A stretch of DNA of 64,000 bases from Octopus vulgaris (taxonomy: Eukaryota), in NCBI GenBank assembly GCA_951406725.2, contig OX597825.1:78678001-78742000 (forward strand), written 5' to 3'. Numbering within the stretch: the first letter of the stretch is position 1; every line of letters starts with the position of its first letter. A program made the position numbers and the translations under genes. Positions 29,587 through 42,339 of this stretch are shown here, one piece after another. Below the pieces are notes generated by a model. The model made no database searches. It saw only the letters and a list, made by a program, of their open reading frames with translations, and was not told the DNA's origin.

Positions 29587-30564
29587 TATGCTCGATGGGG
29601 ATTGACACGATACTTAGCCTTAATCATAAAATATTCTTTCTACGATAGATACAAGGCTTGAAATTTGGGTAAATAATAGTAGTCGACTACATCGATCCCA
29701 GTACTTGGCTGTTTCTTACTTTGTTTACCCATGAAAGGATGAAAGGCAAAGTCGACCTCGACAAATTTCAACTCGGAACATAAAATAAGAAGAAATCTTA
29801 TCCAGTGCGCAAAGAATCCTGCCAGCTCGCCCCCCTTCCATGTATCATAATATTTTGGTTTCTAATGTTAAAACAAGGCCAGAAATTTCAGGTGAGAGGG
29901 TTAGTCGATTATATCGATCCCAGCGCTCAATTGGTACCTATTTTTATCAATCCCAAAAGGATGAAATGAAAAGTTGACCTCAGTAGAATTTGAACTCAGA
30001 ACGAATGTTAAGAATTTTTCCCGGCGTGCTATGCCGCCAGCTCACCTCCTTTCTAAAACATATTGAATGACATGCACGCAAAACGTCTTTGAAATTCTTA
30101 GTGTTCTACGAGAACTGATGTCGCTATAGTTTCATATTCTGTCTGCGATATTTTGTGAAAAGTGTTACAACCAGAAAATTCTTATATTTCTCATATGATA
30201 TTTCAGTTTTCTATTTGAAGCTTTGAAACTATGTATAGACTGTTATCGTGCCATACCAAATTTCAGTTGGAGTTATATGATATAGGAATTGCTTGCATTT
30301 GCATCCTTGAAAAAGATTAGTGTTTAAAAGAATGGGAGAATATCTAGTTTTTGAAACATAATTTTTTATAATATATCGTTTAAAAGAAAAGCAATCTGTA
30401 CATCTTTCTTAAAATGGATATACTGTGCAAAGCCACAAAACTGAGGTATTCGTGTCGAGAAAGCATCTGTTAAAGATGTATAGAGCTAATAATCACAGAA
30501 GCATATCAGTAGCAGATGCAAAACTCTGGACAATGTGTCTACTACACATATAGATATACGCAAG

Positions 30565-30721
<157 letters not shown>

Positions 30722-30992
30722 ATAGATACAAAAACTAAATATATTCAACGCCTCATTCGGGCAATAAGGTCGTTTGTCTTCTGTAGTAACAAGCCCTATG
30801 TAGAGATCCCTAGGTGGAATTGTATGTATGTATGTATGTATGTGTGTATATGTATGTATGTATGTATGTGTGTATGTGTATACGTGCGTACGTATGTAAG
30901 TATGTATTTTGCAGATTTGTATGTTTTCTTTTATGTATGTCTTTTCGTGTATATAGCTGATGTCTAGACCTGTTCATATATACTTAGATAAT

Positions 30993-31387
30993 CCTTTCTA
31001 CTATAGCTACAAGGCATGAAATTTGGGGGGAGGAGCATAGTCGATTACATCGACCCCAGTGTTCAACTGGTACTTAACTTATCGACCCCGAATGGATGAA
31101 AAGCAAAGTCGACCTCGGCAGAATTTGAACTCAGAACGTGGCGGTAGGCGAAATACCTATTTCTTTATTGCCCACAGGGGGCTAAACATAGAGGGGAAAA
31201 ACAAGGACAGACAAACGGATTAAGTCGATTACATCGACCCAGTGCACAACTGCTAATTATTTAATCGACCCCGAAAGAATGAAAGGCAAAGTCGACCTCG
31301 GTGGAATTTGAACTCAGAACGTAGCGGCAAACGAAATACCACTAAGCATTTCGCCTGGCATGCTAACGTTTCTGCCATCTCACCACC
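30993..31387 (-). mobile_element. Dimeric SINE with two different tails, ~20-bp TSD
   Basis: TTCATATATACTTA(G/A)ATAAT at 30973-30992 and 31388-31407. Confidence 0.75.
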
Positions 31388-31404
31388 TTCATATATACTT
31401 AAAT

Positions 31405-31652
31405 AATAAACTTCTGGAAATTTTTACAGATTTTTACAGCTTTCTCCTTTCTGGTATTGAAAAGCCTCATTTCCCAAGATTGGTACTTATGCAGTGTGTT
31501 ACATATCCCAGGGCCCCATGAATTCCAGGTATAAGGCTGATCTTGTAATCTGTATAGAGTAATTGCAGATTTCTCAATAGTTCAGCGTAGGTGTTCTCTT
31601 TTTCACTGATATTTAGCATAATATTAACACCCGCTGGGAAGCTGATTTCCAC
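31405..31652 (-). mobile_element. RLE-type non-LTR retrotransposon 3' remnant (related pieces at 6180-6412 + and 56415-56615 -)
   Basis: KENTYAELLRNLQLLY.DYK...IP...GALGYV. Confidence 0.7.
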
Positions 31653-31653
31653 A

Positions 31654-34642
31654 CAAAATCACAAAGTATGGAAAGCCATACTTTTTGATTTTGGCACCGC
31701 TCGCTATCCATACTTTGTGATTTTGGCACCGCTGGATTTCCATACTTTGTGATTTTGGCACCGCTGGCTTTCCATACTTTGTGATTTTGGCGCCGCTGGC
31801 CTTGTGATTTTTCCAAAATTTTCACCAAAAAAATTTTTCCTAAATTTTCACTTAAAATTTTAGCCAAAAATTTTTCGATAATTTTCACTGAAAATTTTCC
31901 CCAAAGTTTTCGAAAATTTTCACCGAAAATTTTCCCCAAATTTTTCAAAAATTTTCACCGAAAATTTTACCCAAAAATTTTTCGAAAATTTTACCCAAAG
32001 ATTTTGGGAAAATTTTCCCGAAAGTTTTTCGAAAATTTTACCTAAAACTTTTTCGGAAAATTTTACCCAAAGATTTTCCGAAAATTTTCACCAAAAATTT
32101 TCTCCAAAAAGTTTTTCCTAAATTTTCACCGAAAATTTTACCCAAAAATTTTTCGAAACTTTTACCCAAAGTTTTTGGGAAAATTTTCCCGAAAGTTTTT
32201 CGAAAATTTTACCCAAGACTTTTTCGAAAATTTTACCCAAAAATTTTCCGAAAATTTTCACCAAAAATTTTCTCCAAAAATTTTGGCAAAGTTTTCACCG
32301 AAAATTTTAGCCAAAAATTTTTCGAAAATTTTCACTGAAAATTTTCTCGAAAAACTTTTCGAAAATTTTCAACAAACTTTTTAGAAAATTGTCACCGAAA
32401 ATTTTACCCAAAAATTTTAACAAAATTTTCACCGAAAATTTTCCCCCAAAATTTTTTGAAAATTTTAACCGAAAATTTTACCCAAAAATTATTCGAAAAT
32501 TTTCCCGAAAGTTTTTCGAAAATTTTTCCCAAAACTTTTTCGAAAATTTTACCCAAAAATTTTCCGAAAATTTTCACTAAAAATTTTCTGGAAAAACCTT
32601 TCGAAAATTTTCAAAAAAATTTTCCCGAAAAATTTTTAGAAAATTTTCAACAAAAATTTTACCCAAAAATTTTTCGAAAATTGTGCCAAAATCACAAAGT
32701 ATGGAAGGCCAGCGGTGCCAAAAACACAATGTATGGAAGGCCCGCGGTGCCAAAATCACAAGGTATGGAATGCCAGCGGTGCCAAAATCACATAGTATGG
32801 AAACCCAGCGGTGCCAAAATTACAAAGTATGGAAAGCCAGCAGTGCCAGAATCACTAAGTATGGAAAATACTTTGTGATTTTGGCACCGCTCTATCCATA
32901 CTTTGTCATTTTGGCACCGCTTGCTATCCATACTTTGTCATTTTGGCACCGCTGGCTTTCCATATTTTGTAATTTTGGCACCGCTGGCTTTCCATACTTT
33001 GTGAATTTTGCACCGCTGGCTTTCCATACTTTGTGATTTTGGCATCGCTTGCTTTCCATACTTTGTGATTTTGGTACCGCTGGCCTTCCATACTTTGTGA
33101 TTTTGGCACCGCTGGCTTTCCATACTTTGTGATTTTGGCACCGCTGGCCTTGTGATTTTTCGAAAATTTTACCCAAAAATTTTTCCAAAATTTTCACTGA
33201 AAATTTTACCCAAAAATTTTTCGAAAATTTTCCCCAAAACTTTTTCGAAAATTTTACCCAAAATTTTCACCGAAAATTTTGCCCAAAAATTTTTCGAAAA
33301 TTTTCCCCAAAATTTTTCGAAAATTTTACCCAAAAATTTTTTTTTAATTTTCACCGAAAATTTTCCCCAAAATTTTTCGAAAATTTTACCCAAAAATTTT
33401 TCCAAAATTTTCACTGAAAATTTTACCCAAAATTTTTCGAAAATTTTACCCAAAAATTTTTTTTTAATTTTCACCGAAAATTTTCCCCAAAATTTTTCGA
33501 AAATTTTACCCAAAAATTTTTCCAAAATTTTCACTGAAAATTTTACCCAAAAATTTTTCGAAAATTTTCCCCAACACTTTTTCGAAAATTTTACCCAAAA
33601 TTTTTACAAAATTTTCACCGACAATTTTACCCAAAAATTTTTCGAAAATTTTATCCAAAAATTTTTCGAAAATTTTACCCAAAATTTTTTTTTAAATTTT
33701 CCCCAAAATTTTTCGAAAATTTTTCCCAAAACTCTTTCGAAAATTTTAGCCAAAAATTTTCTCCAAAAATTTTTGCAAAATTTTCACCGAAAATTTTACC
33801 CAAAAATTTTTGCGAAAAAAAATTTTTCGAAAATTTTACCCAAAAAATTTTTACAAAATTTTCACCGAAAATTTTCCCCAAAGATTTTTCGAAAATTTTA
33901 CCCAAAAATTTTTACAAAATTTTCACCGAAAATTTTACCCAAAAATTTTTCGAAAATTTTACCCAAAAGTATGGAAAGCCATACTTTGTGATTTTGGCAC
34001 CGCTTGCTATCCATACTTTGTCATTTTAGCACCGCTGGCTTTCCATATTTTGTGATTTTGGCACCGCTGGCTTTCCATACTTTGTGATTTTGGCACCGCT
34101 GGCCTTCCATACATTGTGATTTTGGCACCGCTGGCTTTCCATACTTTGTGATTTTGGTACCGCTGGCCTTCCATACTTTGTGATTTTGGCACCGCTGGCT
34201 TTCCATACTTTGTGATTTTGGCACCGCTGTCCTTCCATACTTTGTGATTTTGGCACCGCTGGCTTTCCATACTTTGTGATTTTGGCACCGCCGGCTTTCC
34301 ATACTTTGTGATTTTGGCACCGCTGGCCTCCATACTTTGTGATTTTGGCACCGCTGGCTTTCCATACTTTGTGATTTTGGTACCGCTGGCCTTCCATACT
34401 TTGTGATTTTGGCACCGCTGGCTTTCCATACTTTGTGATTTTGGCACCGCTGATCTTCCATACTTTGTGATTTTGGCACCGCTGGCTTTCCATACTTTGT
34501 GATTTTGGCACCGCCGGCTTTCCATACTTTGTGATTTTGGCACCGCTGGCCTCCATACTTTGTGATTTTGGCACCGCTGGCTTTCCATACTTTGTGAATT
34601 TGGCACAGCTGCCTTCCATACTTTGTGATTTTGGCACCGCTG
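31654..34642. repeat. Composite satellite: 32-bp unit CCATACTTTGTGATTTTGGCACCGCTGGCTTT alternating with ~12/24-bp AAAATTTT arrays, with internal inversions
   Basis: 32-mers at 31676-31803(+), 32683-32867(-), 32868-33152(+), 33979-34642(+); A/T arrays at 31804-32682 and 33153-33965; the 32-aa ORF periodicity equals 3 x 32 nt. Confidence 0.95.
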
Positions 34643-34969
34643 AAAATGAAGGGACGCTACTCTTCGATGATACCTTTTGAAGGATTATCTCCTTTGGGTT
34701 TGACTTGTAAGAAAAAACTGCGCAGGACGATGTTTTTGTTTACATTGTATTATATTTTGTGTATGTGTAATGTCCTTATGTCTGTGTGTTGAGGGAGTTC
34801 CTCAAGGGACCATGAATCTTCTATATGTGGAATTTGTGTTTTATATATTCCATTTTCACATTCAGGGCGAAAGAATTATCCTGGTGGGATCGGTGGAGTG
34901 GATGCTGGTTCCTCTTAGAAATATTGGGATGTAACATATTGCTTGTGTGTGCAGGGAGAGAAGGTTACA

Positions 34970-35176
34970 TCCCAAATGTTTAAGATGTTATCTTTTGACT
35001 GAATGATAGTTAGCTTCTCAGCAATACAAAGCTCCCATATGGTACCGTCGCCTGTATTTTCTGCTTTTAGCAATTATGCTCCATGTTATTTCAATGCCCA
35101 TATCATATTAGATAAGGATGTCGCATGCCTTTTATTTTTGTTCCTGAATGATATCTGATGTTGAGTGTATCTTTCT
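34970..35176 (-). mobile_element. Penelope-like element C-terminal remnant
   Basis: ERYTQHQISFRNKNKRHATSLSNMIWALK / ITWSII / LCIAEKLTII...ILN. Confidence 0.7.
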
Positions 35177-35378
35177 TAGAACGAGTTGCTCGTCATCCGG
35201 ATGTATGTCATACAGTCCAACGTACTAGTGGGACTGAACCTGAAATTAGCTGGTAAAAAAACGAACTTCTTAACCACACAGCCATACATTTTCATTCTCT
35301 TTTTTTTCTTCGTTTTTTTTTCTATTTTTACTTTTTTCTGTTTTTGAATAATTGTTTTATTTTTGGTATTTTTTGCAG

Positions 35379-36623
35379 GAAACACTCAGAGCAATAAAAT
35401 TTCGCGATATCGAGCCTATTTTTCCAGCTTCGTTTTGTAGTTTACCTTGCGAACCTAATCACGTACAGGTGTCACACAGTGAAGAAGACTGTTGTTTTGT
35501 TTGCGTGCCCTGTCCTCCAGATCACTACATGCCCAGTGAAAGAGAGTGCATACCTTGTCCCAATGGGACCACACCAACTCTGGACCACCGAACCTGTGTA
35601 CCAAGTCTCTCTGGGAACAGAAAGTCAACTTCTGCCGCCGAACGACGCGAACCAACCAATTCTACGGCAGAAAAAGTAAAACAAACGACAAGGAGGAAGA
35701 AAATACCATCAGCGACGAAAAAAGCCGAAGGTGAACGAAGGCGAAACAAGTCCGCAGCAAATAAGTTGCAATATGTGTCGAACGAAACGAACTTGAACTA
35801 TACTTTGACGAACTCTTCAGCAGAAGACATTGAATGGATGAATCAAACGTTAGATTTAGATATGGATGAACTAGCAGGGTTAAATGAAACGGAAGAAGAG
35901 ACAGAATCTTTCCCGGGGAAGAAAAAGAATGAAGCCAGAATTAAAACAAAAATATCGAAACCGAATAAAAATGTGAAACAAAAGAAAGGAAAGAATATTG
36001 CGATGGTTTCGAATTCCACGTCACAAAACTTGACCGAAGAAACAAATAGATTACCAGATGAAAACCTTCAAAATAATGGCACAAAAGCAAGAAAAAACCA
36101 GAAAAAATCTATCGATGATATTAATAAGAACGTTTCTAAAAGTGCTGGAAATAGCGAGAAGACTGAAGTGTTCCAGAGTGGGGTAACAACTGCCGTTTTC
36201 TTGGATGGTTCTAGCAAGAATAAAAGTACCATAAATAGCACCGAGACAATTACCAAAAGTAATTCTTCGAATACTACTGATAATGCTACCACTACTGACA
36301 CGACCGGAAACAAATCTGCTACTGCAATTAATACTACTAATACTACTACTGCTAATACTACAAGCTCAACAATAATAACTGCTAGTGCTCCATCAACTAC
36401 GGCTACTGCTAACAAAACTATTGATGCTGATACCAGTGATACTAACAGTACCGTAACAACCACAGCATCTGATATTGTAAGTACAAATACAGCAAGTCTA
36501 ACTACAGCCGCAACATCAACGACTACCACCGACGCTGCTTCTGCTATCACTACCTCTCCTACGACTAGTAACAGTACGAAAAATTCTAAAAACTTACAGT
36601 TATCATTTGAGAAAGTTTTTTGA
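35379..36623 (+). CDS. mGluR-like gene, terminal exon: nine-cysteine domain (NCD3G) followed by a basic/acidic linker and a Thr/Ser/Asn-rich mucin-like tail; no transmembrane segment
   Basis: ttttgcag|GAA acceptor, phase 0, compatible with exon C. PASFCSLPC...DCCFVCVPC...ECIPC...TC has all 9 CRD cysteines. Uninterrupted 414 codons to TGA at 36621-36623. Confidence 0.88.
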   Translation, partial: ETLRAIKFRDIEPIFPASFCSLPCEPNHVQVSHSEEDCCFVCVPCPPDHYMPSERECIPCPNGTTPTLDHRTCVPSLSGNRKSTSAAERREPTNSTAEKVKQTTRRKKIPSATKKAEGERRRNKSAANKLQYVSNETNLNYTLTNSSAEDIEWMNQTLDLDMDELAGLNETEEETESFPGKKKNEARIKTKISKPNKNVKQKKGKNIAMVSNSTSQNLTEETNRLPDENLQNNGTKARKNQKKSIDDINKNVSKSAGNSEKTEVFQSGVTTAVFLDGSSKNKSTINSTETITKSNSSNTTDNATTTDTTGNKSATAINTTNTTTANTTSSTIITASAPSTTATANKTIDADTSDTNSTVTTTASDIVSTNTASLTTAATSTTTTDAASAITTSPTTSNSTKNSKNLQLSFEKVF

Positions 36624-37612
36624 GAAGCATTTACAAAGTTGCGGTTTTGGTTTCAATCTCTACCCAATCTTTATTTTATTTTTTTATATTATTTTTTATT
36701 TTTATTTTTATTATTCTTTAAGGCGGCGAGCTGGCAGAATCGTTACCAGCATTTCTCCCGGCATTTTACGGTTTGAGCTCAAATATCGCCGAGGTCAACT
36801 TTGCCTTTCATCCTTTCGGGGTTGATAAAATAAAGTACCAGTCAAGTACTGGGGTCGATATCATTGATTAACCCCTGCTCCTAAAGAAAACTGCTGGCCT
36901 TGTACCAAATTTTAAAACAATTATTTTTTTTTGTCGATACTATTTTTTATATATTTTTTGTTTTTACTTTTGGTTTAACATCTCTAGCCGACCAACACAG
37001 TCGTGTTTATAATGAACAAAACCAGGAGTACACTAGATGAACACAAAAGGAGTAACAACAACAAGGTAGTAACTCGAGGCAAGCAGCAGAGTATCTTGAG
37101 ACAAACTCCAGGCGAGTTAGTTCGCAACTCAGCTTTCATTCTCCGTTGTTACTGATTCACTCCATTAAAACAAACAGCTAATATCTTCTGAAGAGGCATG
37201 AATGACTCCACTTCTCACGCACCCCTGTTCTATCGCAAATCTAACAAAGCCAATATTGTAGTATAAGGACTCTGTAACTTGTATATATTTGGACCAAACT
37301 TGTTTTTATACCTGCACAAAAGGGACCACCTGTACCATGAGTATGTGTAATCATGTGTATGTGTCCATGTTCTTGTATATAGCTATATATGTATGTAACA
37401 AATTGTGGCTATGTGTAGTAAAATATGTGTGGACATAAATGTGAGTACCAATGTGTAAGTGTGGGTGTATACGAATAAAGGGAGTTGTGTGTTTGCGTGA
37501 GTCCATTTGTATATAAGCGTTCTCGTGTGTGTGCGTGTATCCCACTAATAACATGCTTGTATATGTTACTGCATAAGATTTCATAAGATTCTGCATATGT
37601 AACTGAGTATAT

Positions 37613-37662
<50 letters not shown>

Positions 37663-37688
37663 CATATATGTATGTATACATATATACA

Positions 37689-37776
<88 letters not shown>

Positions 37777-37810
37777 TGTATATATATATATATATCAAAA
37801 ACATATATGC

Positions 37811-37877
<67 letters not shown>

Positions 37878-38456
37878 TGTATATATATATACGGTCTACC
37901 GACCATCTAGTGTTGTTTTCAAAAACATTTTGCCATGCACTATATGTATGCATGTATGTATATATATGGTTTCCTTCAACGGAATGATTTTCTCACCTGA
38001 CGATCGCAGTGGCGTGAAATTCAGTTTTAGTAAATCATATGAACTAAACTGCATATTAAGTACTTTCTCCCCCATTTATATATACGTGGGCGTGCTGACA
38101 TGTACCTGGCTTTGGTTAAAAGGAAATACAGGAGGATCATTTATGATTTTATTCAACATATTCCCTTCTCAGATTCACACACTTACTGCAGCGGTCCTTC
38201 AGTCTTTAAGCCCTGTAAAAGAACTCGGACGGTTAAGTCTCCAGCCAGGCCTTTCACGACACCCTTAAAGCCAGGAACTTTCCAGCACTTCCTCGTGTGT
38301 GTGGGGGGGCGCATATATATGTACTAATTGTGACTGATGGTATCCATATTGCAAGAAATAAGAGTCAAAACAGTCACTGTTTTAAGAAGTGCGCAATATA
38401 AATATATATATATATACAATGACAGGGAAGATAACCGCTCCATTAACGCCTGTAGG

Positions 38457-38509
38457 ATCACTAGACTAGACTAGTTTCGCCTATCAGTTGTAGACTCGTC
38501 GGTAATGAC
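38457..38509 (-). ncRNA. Hammerhead-like motif, inverted sister copy of 39005-39057 (core U4 to C)
   Basis: GUCAUUA-CCGACGA-GUCUA(CAACUGA)UAGGC-GAA-ACUA(GUC)UAGU-C-UAGUGAU. Confidence 0.65.
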
Positions 38510-38548
38510 TACTGAAACGTTCGAGTAGGGCGGCTATCTCCCCTGTCA

Positions 38549-38586
<38 letters not shown>

Positions 38587-38747
38587 AAAATTCACAAAAG
38601 ACGAAGACGGGTGATATAGACAACAAATAGATGTATTAGTATAACGCTCGGGAAGTGAAAAGTCTTTAACGTTTCGAGCCTACGCACTTCCACAGAGAGG
38701 AACACAGAAAGGAACAAGGAGAGAAATAAAGAATGTGTAGTGGCTAG

Positions 38748-38818
<71 letters not shown>

Positions 38819-39004
38819 TGCTTCGGTACTCTCAGGCACGATTGGTGATGATAACATTTTTCCTCTGTGATATTATATTGTGCCAAGTTGTTTATATTAA
38901 TTTTTGATATATGCATTAGCATTTCGCTAAATCAACCATAAATTTTTGATAAAAATATAATATACTGGCAGCCGGATTTAGCCAAGCCGTCGAGCGCTTG
39001 AGTA

Positions 39005-39057
39005 GTCACTACTGACGAGCCTACGACTGATAGGCGAAACTAGTGTAGCCCTGTGAT
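39005..39057 (+). ncRNA. Hammerhead-like motif, cleavage triplet degenerate (GCC)
   Basis: GUCACUA-CUGACGA-GCCUA(CGACUGA)UAGGC-GAA-ACUA(GUG)UAGC-C-CUGUGAU. Confidence 0.65.
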
Positions 39058-39257
39058 CCTAGAAACGCTCATGGAGCGGTTATCTCTCCTGTCAGTGTAT
39101 ATATATTGCGCGTTCCTTGCAACATTAAGAGTTTTAACTTTTATTTCTTACAATATAGGTGTTTGGGTACTCTCAGTCACAGTTAGTGACGATAAACTTT
39201 TCCTTTATAGGAAAAATAGATAGATAGATAGATATATGTACATATATGTATATTTGC

Positions 39258-39299
<42 letters not shown>

Positions 39300-39723
39300 G
39301 CTATTATTGTAGTTCTATCTACTTCGAGGTTCACTGTTCCCAATATGAATTGTTTCATGTTCTCGAAGTTTCTAAGAACTCATGATGCCAGCAATATATA
39401 AATGTGTGTGTGCGTGTGTGTTTATGTGTGTTTTTGTGTGTGTATGTGTTTGAGTTGTATATGTCTCTGTTTTTTTTGTTCGTTGTTTTATTTTATTATT
39501 TGTTGTAGTTGTTGATGTTTTTGTTTAACCCTGATCCAGCAAACCTATGATCAGAGGGCATTTTCAGCCGTGACCATCCCATCATTTATTCACCCTTAGT
39601 GTATTCATAATTACATTTACTACTGTGTCCTTCATTTTTAAAACAATAGGGCGTGAAATGGAGCTGATTTGACTGCTATTTCTAGTTGGTCGAATATCCA
39701 CATAGAGGGACACGGGCACACAT

Positions 39724-39764
<41 letters not shown>

Positions 39765-40561
39765 CACACACACACACACACATGCACACACTGTGATTTA
39801 TATAAATACATATATATATATATGTATATATCTATTTTATGTGTGTTGTTGTTTTTGTTGCTGTTGTTTAACCCCTGGTCAATCTTGATTTGCAGACTTA
39901 TGATCAAAGAAGTTCCAGCCATGACCATGCTGGTCTATTTTTGATACATATTTTTTTTATCTAGAAAATACATTATCCATACTACTCTCTTTTCTTTTCT
40001 TTTCTTTTTTTGGGGGGGGGAATGGTAAAGTATGATTTGTTGGTGATTTGACTGCTATTTTTTTTTGAGTGATCGTTTCACATCGCTCCTCAGAACAGAC
40101 TTAATCTCCCTCAAATTACACCCTACCGTTTTTTCAATGAAGGAAGAACGCATTAGATTGTGTCACCCTTAAATATCCGCAAAAAATGATGGGATGGTTA
40201 CATTTGGAACGCCGTTGATAAACGCGGTGGCTAAACAATGTTCCAGCAGATCTGATGTCGCTATTGTCACTTTAGAGACAAAATCATTAGTTTAATGATC
40301 ATTTCGCAGTGGTTTCTATTATTGATATTATTGATATTATTGTAATACTATAGTTGTTTTGTTTTCTTGTTTAGCCCTGGGTCAATCATGTTCGAGTAAA
40401 TTTATGATCAAAGCCAATCCAACGGTTGCCATTGCCCCATCTTTTTTCTAAGACATTGTTTTCTTCCTTACTTATGACACAGTGTGGTGTGTGATTTGAG
40501 GGCGGTTTGGCTATTGTTTCAAGCAGGTACACGCACAGGCACTCTCTTGCTCTCTTTTTCT

Positions 40562-40618
<57 letters not shown>

Positions 40619-40877
40619 CTTGATTTCCGTGGACATTTATGTAAATAAACGTGGAATCAATACATGTCATTTTGTGTAAATAACCATGGAATCATGGGAT
40701 ACGTGTTTGTTAACATTGTCATTCTATCTGCGCAACAATAGATAATAAATATTGTTTCTTTAATTTTCCACCAGGCCCCAGTCACACACGGCCCCAGCCA
40801 CACACGCACACTCAAACACACACGTGCACACATGTATGTATGTATGTATGTATGTATGTATGTATGTATGTATGTAT

Positions 40878-40952
<75 letters not shown>

Positions 40953-42339
40953 GGATGGATGGATATCTATATATGTATGTATATAAAGATATATAGAGAG
41001 AGATAAAAAAAATTATAGTACAAAATGGAATGAACAGGCTTTAACCAAAACACTACAATAGTTTCTATGCGTTAGTATAAACTGAGTTATAACGCTATGA
41101 GAGTATTACCCAGGTTATATATATGTATACATACATACATACATACATACATACAAAAGTACCCTGATGTTGATGTTGAAATTTCAATGAAGAAACCTTG
41201 GATCTAGCTTAGAAACCGGTTCTTTTTCCATTGGCAAGAAACCTTAAAATAAACTGAATAATGACATACATATGTATGTATGTATGTATGTTTGTATGTT
41301 TGTATGTATGTATGTATGTATGTATGTATGTATGCATGTTTGTATGTATGTATGTATGTATGTATGTATGTATGTTTGTATGTTTGTATGTATGAATGTA
41401 TGTATGTAACACATGCACATGCGAGTATATATATTTATGTGTATATAAGTATATATTTAGCGGGGAATTCACAAAAAAACAAAAGACGAAGACAGGTGGT
41501 GTAGACAACAAACAGATGTATTAGTATAATGCTCGGGAAGTGAAAAAGTCTTTAACGTTTCAAGCCTACGCTCTTCCACAGAAAGGGACACAGAAAGAAA
41601 CATGGAGAGAAAATAAAGGATGTGTCGTGGCTAAAAGATTACTTTTAGTTGTTGCTTTGAGGATATAAGAGAAGCTCCTGTACTTTCAGAAATGCAGGGA
41701 TATATGAGACCTTCTACCTTGCTCGCTCTTGGATAAAGACTTCGGGTAGGGAGTCGTTTTGGTGGTGAACATGTCTTTTTTCTATTAGATCACACATTTC
41801 CAATTCTTCTCTTTGACTAGCAACATTGACGAAAGAATTGCTGAAGTACTGTATGTATTGCTCAAAACCACACATTCACTTTTCATTAAAAGGGCTTGAT
41901 TTCACCACTTGGCAAAATGCATTGTTTTTGATTTTTTGTTGTTGTTAACAGTATCATTCAAATTGTTCCAAATATTGTATTTAAATGTTGATATATTAAT
42001 TTTTCGTGTACAAATCGTGAGTTTTATTGTGAAATTAAATTTGTTCTCAGTCATTTTGTCTGTTTGTTTTTGTAGTGTTTTTGTAAGTATTCACGTGAAT
42101 TTTTTTTGAAAGGAGGTGTTTCTGTACCAACAAATGATCTTGATGTGTAAGTGGAAACTGAAAAATAAAATTATGTCCAGTAATAACACACCTTATGTCT
42201 CCCTCGTGGCATGGGCTAGACATGCAACTCGTTCCTGTCGAAAATTATACAAAGAGAACTATATTCTTACTTCCCTTTCCGCATGATAAAAATCACAGAA
42301 TCTTCACAGAGAGGTACTTCATTCAATAACAACAACAAC

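Noticed and set aside
33979-34642. 32-bp repeats resembling a CRISPR array, and the periodic ORFs over them
   Set aside because: Units are directly contiguous with no unique spacers, there are no cas genes, and the context is eukaryotic; the ORFs only reflect the 32-nt period.
36068-36550. 160-aa Val-rich ORF on - strand
   Set aside because: Antisense shadow of the Thr-rich tail codons.
37995-38030. CTGACGA-TCGCAGTGGCGT-GAAA hammerhead-like core
   Set aside because: No stem III or stem I pairing; likely chance.
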